NCBI GenBank assembly: GCA_964016885.1
Contig: OZ024740.1
Span: forward strand, 69,936,001 to 70,000,000
Origin: Eledone cirrhosa
Lineage: Eukaryota
Length of the DNA stretch: 64,000 nt
Reading direction: 5' to 3'
Shown: piece by piece, positions 53,211-64,000 of the stretch
Numbering within the stretch: the stretch's first letter is position 1
How the letters are laid out: each line of letters opens with the position of its first letter
The notes under the pieces: generated by a model
The model's database searches: none
The model's input: only the letters and a program-made list of their open reading frames with translations
Told to the model about the DNA's origin: nothing
Position numbers and translations under genes: made by a program

Positions 53211-54479
53211 AATCTAACCTTTTTACTATTACGTAAGTCCTTCTAATCCATCATTTCTAAGAAATCTGTAATATAGAAATGACTTCCTAGACATAAGGCT
53301 GAGAACTTTCCTCAACTATGAGATGTCATCTCACCTATTAATGTTCCACCCATGTCCATTTGCACATTCTGAGCACCCTGGTAGAAAATAATTATTTGTT
53401 TTTTGTTTTGTTTTTTTAAAGAAACTTGTGAGTAAAAGTAAATGATTAAATACCTTGATAACGGAACTGTTGGTTATTTAATTTAGTAAAACAAGAAAAT
53501 GTAAAGGTAAGAGACGAAATAGTAAGGAAGCACAAATTCAAAATCTCTACATCCATACATTCCCCACTCAGATCTACATTAATGCAACGTCTCATTCAGT
53601 ATGACTGTTATGTAATATGAAATCATAATATTTTCATTCCCCGAACACCCCCGATTTATATACAGGACGGCAGTGATTTTATCTTGACAAATCTTTCGCA
53701 GGATCAATTTTCGAGTGTAGAAACTACAACTGTTGTCATTTACATGAGGTCAATCTTTGTTTTACAATACCCCAGCTGCTGTTTTATCTCGCATCTTTTT
53801 TCTTTATTCGACCGTTCCTGGACTTCTACTGTCTACTTTTCATTGTATCTGTTGACAGTTTTGTAATTAATCATCTGTGAAGCCACGCTGCCCTTTCTCC
53901 TATCGTTGAGTTGTTTATTACTACCCTGGTGTTACTGCAACATACCACTTTCTCTGACATGTGACCCTATTGTCTACTCTTTTTGACGTGGTTAGCCACT
54001 GGCTTACTAAAATATTTTGCTATAATGCATTTAATCTCTCCGGGTCACCCACTCTGTGTCATACTTTTTCTCTCTATTAGTCTAACGTTATTCCACACAC
54101 ATTGCACTAAGTAAATATCAAACATTTATATATTTTATAAACATAATTTAATTTACATGAATTTCATTTCGTTGTTTTATTTTAAAGTTTACATTATCGT
54201 TCCTGTCTACGTCCTGTGCTGTATTTTAGTCTTGTTTTTCTTCCTTTAAAATACTCCAGAGTAGTGTTTAAGTATCCGTATGAATCAGTAGTACTATCGG
54301 TAGGTGTAGCAACTATGTAAATACATTTCGATAGCCGATGACCAGGGAGGTTTCGTTCTGTTTCTGTTGCCATTTTCGTACCGTCTATATATCATCTCAT
54401 TCTTTATGTATCCGTTTCTGTAGCAGTTTGATTTTCGTTGAAGTTGTTTGTTTGTCAATTTCGCAATTATATATAGGGG

Positions 54480-54680
54480 TTTCAAATTCAAGCACAATAC
54501 CAGTATATTGAGAGGAAGGGAAAGGTGATTAATTCGACACCTGTACTTGACAGGTACTTTATATATATAGATTATGGAAGGATGAAAAGTAATATTGAAC
54601 TCGGCGGGATTTGAACGTAAATGGCATTCACCATACGCCGCAAAGCATTTTAATCGTATTTCTACTGATACTACCAGTCA
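54480..54680 (-). mobile_element. Degraded SINE
   Basis: ctcggcgggatttgaac and ggtactttat motifs. Confidence 0.7.
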
Positions 54681-54721
54681 ATTGCATACACACACAAACA
54701 CCACACACGCACATACACATT

Positions 54722-55889
<1,168 letters not shown>

Positions 55890-56081
55890 TGATGAGGGAC
55901 TTATTTTATTACATGTTATCCATGTGCAACCTGCAGTATTCTTCTCCCCATTTTTTCATATATATATATATAGCAGCAAGTTCATGAAATGTATACACAA
56001 ATTCACGTGTATCACAACTAAAGTTACAAAACAGATGCCAATAGATACTCAAATGTACATACACATCCATGCACGCACGCG

Positions 56082-56143
<62 letters not shown>

Positions 56144-56340
56144 TGCACGCACATACATGCAGATGTAGAGAAACACAAATCCTAAAACGCACTCAATCAT
56201 TCATAAATATATGAATGTTGACAAGCGAGGTCATGAAGGCTGAAGCGAATGTTTCCTCTGCTGATTTCTAGAATACAAAATGAACTGTCAGAAACTAGAG
56301 TGGAACATATGGCGACAATAGATATAGAACATTTCTTTCG

Positions 56341-56915
56341 TCATCATCATCGCTATTACAACCAATACTACCATCTCCACGACAACCATCGTCATCATCA
56401 TTATTCGCCTCCACCATCACAATCACCATCATCATCATAATCATCATTCATCATCATCACCACCATTACCATCATCATCATTATCATTATCATTATCATT
56501 ATCATCATCAACATCATGATCATGATGATCATCATCATCATGATTATCATTATCATTATCATCATCAACATCATCAACATGATCATCATCATCACCATCA
56601 CCATCATTCATCATCACCATCATTCGCCATCATGATCATCACCATCGTCATTATCACCACCATTATCATCATCATCACCATCATATCATTGTCACCATCA
56701 TCATCATCATCATCATCATCATTATCATGATTATCATTATCATTATCATCATCAACATCATCATCATCATGATTATCATTATCATCATCAACATCATCAT
56801 CATGATCAGGATCATCACCATCATTCATCATCACCATCATTCGCCATCATGATCATCGCCATCATCATTATTACCACCATTATCATCATCATCACCATCA
56901 TATCATTGTCACCAA

Positions 56916-56950
<35 letters not shown>

Positions 56951-56970
56951 CCATTATCATCATCATCATC

Positions 56971-57019
<49 letters not shown>

Positions 57020-57200
57020 CCATCATCATGATCATCAATATTATCATCAACATCATCATCCTGATCATCATCATCATCACCATCATCATCATCACCACCA
57101 TCATCATCATCATTGATATTATCGTTATAAGCATGTTTCATCATCAATAACATCCTCATTATTGTCGTCATCGTCATCGATATCATTTTCATCGTCATCA
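56341..57200. repeat. (ATC)n/(CAT)n degenerate trinucleotide tract with an internal ~217-bp duplication
   Basis: cattcatcatcaccatcattcgccatcatgatcatc occurs at about 56605 and 56822. Confidence 0.95.
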
Positions 57201-58509
57201 TTTATGATAACCCCATCCTTTGTCGTACCTATCATTGTTTTGTCACCTGAATCACTCTTCTGAAAATAAGAATCTGAGAAAACGACTGCTGCTCACATCA
57301 TTATTATTATTATTGTTATCAGTATTATCATGGTTGTGGTGGTGGCGGTGGTGGTGGTGTCATTTTTGTTATTACTATTATCATTCTTCACGACGAGCTC
57401 GCTCTTTCTTTGCTATTAATAATATATTGTGATTTGTGAAAGGTTAAATCGCTTCATTTTGTTTTCACAAACCTGTGTTAAAAAAGAATGAGATGTTATT
57501 TATCTTCTTTTGGCATAGAAAATACTTACTAAATATTATAGGCAAATAAAAGTAAAGGTTCTTTCTGGCACCATCACTTGTCATGTAGTCTATAAGAAAA
57601 TATTGTCAAAATATTTGCATATCCTTAAGGAGCAAATGACATGAGAAATGGCAGTGTTGGAATACAATGCCATATAAATAGTCAGAAACCTCTACCCATT
57701 CAATTCAAGTAACGCTGAATTTTCGGATGCGTAAAATAAGTATCAGTTATGCATTAAGATTTAATTAACCTCCGTGTGCGACTCCGCCTTACTTTACGGC
57801 TTCCTCTCAGTGTTGCAAAAGATAGTCATTAATTTATAGAATTTTGAGAGTTGAGCAGCTACACTCGATAAAGTGGAATTTACTTGCAAGCCTTTATATT
57901 TTGAATCAAGAGTACGGTCGGTTGGGAGTTTTGAGAATGGCGGATTGGTGTTTCTGATTGTAGTGGACTTCAAGTTCTGCATTCCGTGGATTTGTACTTC
58001 TGATTGTAATGGAACGATAGTTCTTAGGAAGTTGTTTGCTGTGTTGGTGATTTGGTACATGAGAGTAGTGGTCTTGGTTTGCTGCTTCACCAAGGGCCAG
58101 TCTTTATCAGGGAAACGTATGACCACAGGCGTTACAACGATGACAATCTCGACTTTTTATCCCTGATTACATTGTCTAACGGGCCCCATTCTAATACATA
58201 AGACGACAGAGGATGACTTTGAAGGAAATGTTATTAGTATTTCTTGTAGATTGCAGAACCGATCATGTAGAGTCTCCCTTATGGTCTTATTCTTCAGATG
58301 TTGATAAAATAAGTATCAGTGATTACTTAAGTCAGTTTAATCTACTGTGTTCTACGTGAAAATTATGGCCTTGTGAAAAACCGGGTAAATCATCATCATT
58401 GTTGTATTTGTTGGCACCGAGGCTCCTGCTGTTTTGTTTATTAGAATATGATGGATTTGTGTAGTGTTCCGAGAGTACACGATTAACATTAAATTAAAAT
58501 ATGTCTGTT

Positions 58510-58569
<60 letters not shown>

Positions 58570-59116
58570 TACGCACACACATTCGTACACACCACTTGTA
58601 TATATTGACATAGTCAGTTATCATAACCCAAACTAAATTATTATTGTAGAGCTGAATAATACGTCGATTAGACCAACTCAGATTTTATGCCTGTCTTCAT
58701 ACCTCTTATGCGAAGTCGCGTAGTTTCATGCTGAGGGTTTTGACTGCCGGTAATAAGGTCATAAATGTAATACCTAAATACGTTCTCTTTTTTAGCAAAC
58801 TATCTATGAGATACAATTTCGTAAAAGGCCAACTACGCTTCCATATGCGCGAACTGTAAATTTCATTTCATTTTTTTTCTTGCCGCATAAAATAACTCAT
58901 TGTTAGTCTAACGTTGCTGAGTATCTTTCCTGGTAGACAGGACCTTTTCGCTTGTACATAAACATGCTTCCTTCGTTCTGTTTATACATTCAACACCACT
59001 TGGCCGACTGCTACTGATACTGCTCCTTCTATACCAGGTGAAGGAATGAATAGTATTCTAGACGTTTACCCTAAGGTACCATATTTTCTACACAAGACTA
59101 TATTTGAGATTCATTA

Positions 59117-59278
59117 GGGTCGGACGCCATGCTTTGACGCATAGTTACGGCCCTTGCCATTCTGAGTTCAAATCCCGCTGAGGTTAACTTTGCCTTTCAT
59201 CCTTACGGGGTCAATAAAATAAAGTACCAGTAATGTACTGGGTAATTGCTGGCCTTGTGCCAATAGTAGAAACAAATA
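59117..59278 (+). mobile_element. SINE, 5'-truncated
   Basis: B-box, central domain, tail. Confidence 0.85.
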
Positions 59279-59756
59279 TTTTCGTTTATTGCACATAGAA
59301 ATTGGTGATAATCTTAATTCCTGAATAGTTGAACCTGTCATTTAATTTGTGAAGTTTGTGTGTGTAAACCACACACAAAGTGCAAAGAAGCAGGTTTGGT
59401 TGTTTATATATATGTATGTGTATGTGTCTGTATATATGTATGTATGTACGTATGTATGTATGTGTATGTGTGTATATCTGTGTATGTAAGTATCTATGTA
59501 TGTAGTTAAGTATTAATATCTGTATATGTCTGTAGATGTGTTTATGTATCTTCATGATATTTACTGTATAATGATTTGTATGTGTATTTGTTTGTATTAA
59601 TGTATGAACTATAAAATTAATACTAGCATAATCCGCTTCTGAGACAGTATATTTTTTCAATTTCCTCATTACTTATAAAAAAAAATATCTTTTTATTATA
59701 ATATATTTTTATCTGTATTTCACACACACACACACACACATCTCTCTCACTCTCTC

Positions 59757-59801
<45 letters not shown>

Positions 59802-59946
59802 GGGAGAGAGAGAGAGAGGGAGAGAGAGTGATAAAGAGAGAGATAGACAGATAGATTGATATATATATAAATATATGTAATCATATGTATGTAGGTATAT
59901 ATATATATATATATAGATAGATATATATGTGTGCGTATATACTTAC

Positions 59947-60005
<59 letters not shown>

Positions 60006-60006
<1 letters not shown>

Positions 60007-60199
60007 CGAAGGAAATGTGGTAAGGAACCAGGTGGACCATAGCGCACCAAAGTACTCAATACTTAGGGTAGTAGAGTGGGTAATAGGAACGAGTAGGACC
60101 CCGACGGCTGAGCTCAAGCCGTTTCGACGGCTAATTCTGGACGTCCAGAATTAGCCGTCGAAACGGCTTGAGCTCAGCCGTCGGGGTCCTACTCGTTCC

Positions 60200-60204
<5 letters not shown>
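60006..60204 (-). mobile_element. Short insert in (TA)n ending in a perfect 124-bp palindrome that contains the 3' half of a hammerhead
   Basis: 60081-60204 is self-complementary about ac|gt; GACG..CGTC-GAAA-CGGCT..AGCCG-TC. Confidence 0.8.
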
Positions 60205-60252
<48 letters not shown>

Positions 60253-60682
60253 CGGGACAAAAGGTTATCATTATATATATATCTTGCGTTACAACCTAAA
60301 AACATACCTAAATAAAACATTTTTTTTAAATAAGCACAAAACTAGGAATCTTAATTAGAACGTTGTAATTTTATTTATCTAGTTGTTTCAGTTATGGTAG
60401 GTGAAAAATAGAAGTAACAAAAAGGAAAGCGATAATAATAAGGAATAACATAAAGTAACTTCAGATTGAATAAGAAAGATGTCTCCATGCTATATTTCGT
60501 ATGTAGCGTCAAGAAGGCTAGATATTTACAGCTGTTGAATGTCTGACTGTTTGCACGTCTAATTTGCAATTGGGGTGATCTCTTACTATATCTTATTGAT
60601 TGCCGTTGTGTGTGTGCACAGGCGCGCTTTAGATTAGTAGTTATATGACTTGATAACTGTATATGTATTGTTTATATATATG

Positions 60683-60711
<29 letters not shown>

Positions 60712-60713
<2 letters not shown>

Positions 60714-61100
60714 AGTATGTACACGTACATACATATATGTATACAGACGTACAGTAGTATGTACATATATATACATACATGCACATATATATATATATGT
60801 ACGTATGGATTCACCGAACATTTATTATAATGCTCGGTGTGTTTGTAAACAAACATCCCGTATTAAGCCGTAGTGTCCAGCAACCATCGTTGCTCGTTTG
60901 TTCAACACTGACAAAGGAACGCTGTACTAGTTTCAAGCTTATTAGCTATCGTCAGCAACGTATACCTTCCTGCCAGATTGTTGAACGTATATACTTTCCC
61001 TATGCATATTAACGGCTGTGTAGCCCAATTTGCATATCGAGTGGGTTAATCGGCCGGGTGCACCGAAAACGATAAACGGAAAAAATGAAACAAAATTTCA
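60712..61100 (-). mobile_element. Second, diverged copy of family A, circularly permuted
   Basis: Colinear with 51417-51621 followed by 51172-51383. Confidence 0.88.
60919..60961 (-). ncRNA. Minimal type I hammerhead ribozyme
   Basis: ACGTTG-CTGACGA-TAGCTAATAAGCTT-GAAACTAGTA-CAGCGT; core identical to the 51558 copy. Confidence 0.9.
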
Positions 61101-61257
61101 GCGAAGAAAAACACGTCTAATCCTGGAGGGAGCAGCGAAGAGGGGGAGAGACGACAGAAAACGGAATTAGTAAGGGAGCAGAGAGAAATAGAGGATAAAT
61201 AAGTGGGAGAGGGAGAGAGAGACTACATGTGAGGGAGAGTGAGAAAGAGAGATAGAT

Positions 61258-61334
<77 letters not shown>

Positions 61335-61382
61335 GAGAAAAAAAGGAAAAGAAAGAAAGGGAGAGGGTGGAAGGAAAAGAGT

Positions 61383-63353
61383 TAATAATGGTTTCTTATA
61401 TAGGCACAAGGCCAGCAATTTTTTTTTGGGGGGAGTCGATGAAATCGACACCAGTGCGTGACTGGTACTTTATTTTATAGACCCCGTAAGGATGAAAGGC
61501 AAAGTTAACCTTGGCGGGATTTGAACTCAGATCATAAAGGGCCGTAACTCTATGCTGCAAAGCATGGCGTCCGACCCTCTACCGATACTGCCAATCCACC
61601 GCCCGTAAAACCATTATAATAATAAATAGTTATCATTATTGTGGATTGGGAGTATCGGTAGAGGGTCAAACACCATGCCTTGCAGCATAGAGTTACGGCC
61701 CTTTATGATCTGAGTTCAAATCCCGCTGAGGTTAACTTTGCCTTTCATCCTGACGTGGTCGATAAAATAAAGCACCAGTAACACATTGTAGTCGATTTAA
61801 TCGACTTTCCCCTCCCCCAAAATATTGCTGGTCTTGTTACTATTGATGTTGTTGCTGTTGTTGGTACTCGGTGGATTGGCAGTATCGGTAGAGCATCGGA
61901 AAACATATTATGCTGTATATATTTATGTTCGTTTACGTTCCAAATTTAAATTCCACCAAGGTTATCTTTGCTTTTCACCCTTATAGGTTCGATTTAATCG
62001 ACTTTCCCCGTCCCCAAATTGCTGGTCATGTAAATCATAAACTATTATGCGGTGGTTTGGCAGTATCGGTAGAGGGTCGGACAACATGCCTTCCTGCACA
62101 GAGTTACACCCTTTCTGATCTGAGTTCAAATCCTGCCGAAGTTAACTTTGCTTTTCATCCTTACGGGGTCGATAAAATAAAGTACCAGTAATGCACTGAA
62201 TTACTTGCTGGCCTTGTGCCAAAAGTAGAAACAATTATTATAATATTTGTTATTGAGTGTCTCAAGACGAATTACACAGCGCTTTGTAAGTTTGTTCCTT
62301 TTTCAGGCTGTTATTGGTCTATCTCATTCAAATGTTGTTATTAGTTTGTAATTAAACCAGTCAGTAACTTTGTCAGCTGGCTAGTCTATTTCTACCTGTA
62401 ACCCTGCTCAAATTAGGATGGCGGACAAAACATCTGCGACGGCTAAACAGCTTAACTTGCTGTACAATGAGTAGAACAGCAGGGATTCACAAGACAATAA
62501 GAACAGCTGCAGCAGCAACAGCAGCAGCAACAACAACAACAACAATAATTATTTCTACTTTAGGCACAAGGCTAGCAATTTTAGAGGGACGGCAAAGTCG
62601 ATTAAGTCGACCCCAATGCATTACTGGTGCTTTATTTTATCGACCCCGTAAGGATGAAAGGCAAAGCTAACCTCGGCGGGATTTGAACTCAGAACTTAAA
62701 GGGCTGTAACACTATGTTGCGAAGCATGTTGTCCGACGCCCTACCATTTCTGTCAACCCACTGCCCTTAACAACAACAATAATAATACCTTTAGCAACAG
62801 TATCAGTAACAACACCACAACAACCAAAACCGAATTTCACGTGCAGCAGCCGCGAATGAATTTGATTTTCCACCAATGCTAATCTGAATATTGCTCTCCC
62901 AGCGTAACAACAGTTGACACAGCCAAAACTAACACCCATAACACTACCATCATCACTACCTCTGCAACAACTGAAACAAAAACCAAAAGTAATACAAACA
63001 CAGACGATAGCAACAGCACAAATAACAACAACATGAACAACAATGACAACAATAAGAATAACAACAACTTAGGACGATAAAAATATGTAATAGAATTCCC
63101 GAATTTTATAATGTGTGTGCCACCACAAAATCTACTAATTAATGATTTCTAGTATAGACACAGGTCATTAATTTAGGGCGAGGGGAAAGTCGATTAAATC
63201 GATCCCAGTGTATTACTGGTACTTTATTTTATCCACCCCGTAAAGATGAAAGGCAAAGTTAACCTCGGCGGGATTTGAACTCAGATTGTAAAGGGCCGTA
63301 ACTCTCTGCTACATGGTGTCTGACTCTCTAACGATATTGCCAATCCACCGCCC
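61383..63353. mobile_element. Cluster of six SINE copies (about 61383-61604 -, 61640-61840 +, 61870-62030 +, 62050-62240 +, 62548-62767 -, 63145-63353 -)
   Basis: Family motifs; separated by ATT/AAC-type simple repeats. Confidence 0.88.
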
Positions 63354-64000
63354 TACAAAAACTACTAATTAATAAAATGTACACAACTAACACAAATACT
63401 ACCGCCAGCAACTCAACAACAACAACAAATGTAACAGATACAAACAACAAAATTAACAGCAACACAGACAAGTATGACAACAACAGCATGAATATGTTTA
63501 GCAGTAACAACAATAACAATACTTTTGCAGCAAAAGCAACATAACTGTTCGCAATTAACCCCACACAGAAAGACACTTATTTGGCCCAAAGAGCCAAGCT
63601 AATCAAAATCCGAAAGATATGGGCCGATGTAGCTATCACCGCAAAGGTGTTGTTAGCAACGGAAAAGGAAAACCTCATATATAAATGTATCAGCACAGAC
63701 ACGAGGTGGACTCAAGTGGAAAGGGCACTTTAAGGCATAATGCCCGACATAGACCACATTTTAATAGCCAAATTGTATGTTAGCATTTCAATGCTCTTTG
63801 AGGGTGAAACTATAGCCGTAAAATACTCAGTGGTTCCCTGTATAAACGACAGTTATGTGCTTTTCCGTTCATATTTAGCGAAGAGAACAGTATGGCTAAT
63901 GATTTCTGAGATCACACCAGAGATGAATATCTGGTAAATGTCATCCCTGAATGTATAACGAACACGCAGAGAACACTGGTCTGGAATCAGCTTGGAATTT

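Noticed and set aside
56401-57201. Poly-Asp / poly-Met ORFs resembling an acidic biomineralisation protein
   Set aside because: (ATC)n tract with frame breaks; no signal peptide or splice context.
63650-63950. Exon-like minus-strand segment at the window end
   Set aside because: Stops in all frames and no recognisable homology.

Overview
This is AT-rich, repeat-saturated animal genomic DNA. The SINE/LINE content and huge (TA)n tracts suggest an octopus or other coleoid cephalopod (inference). No intact host gene is evident, and most ORF-track entries are translated microsatellites. Two retroelement communities occupy different microsatellites. (TA)n tracts hold Penelope-like (Neptune-type) elements in large fold-back structures (136-6639, 7577-12621) plus many short non-coding inserts. 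(ATT)n/(AAC)n tracts hold Tx1-like LINEs, R4/Dong-like remnants, an Ingi/I-like LINE and about 18 copies of one tRNA-derived SINE. The main unexplained signal is catalytic RNA, found by folding motifs by eye. There are at least five distinct type I hammerhead families with (pseudo)palindromic stem III, and one HDV/CPEB3-like ribozyme at the 5' end of a LINE that also carries a 2A-like peptide. Two ORF-less hammerhead units (about 450 and 536 bp) occur as tandem or circularly permuted copies and are candidate retrozymes mobilised by Neptune elements. A phase-consistent set of minus-strand exon candidates threads onto a galectin-like fold but carries in-frame stops. All coordinates were read by eye, and repeat boundaries are approximate.
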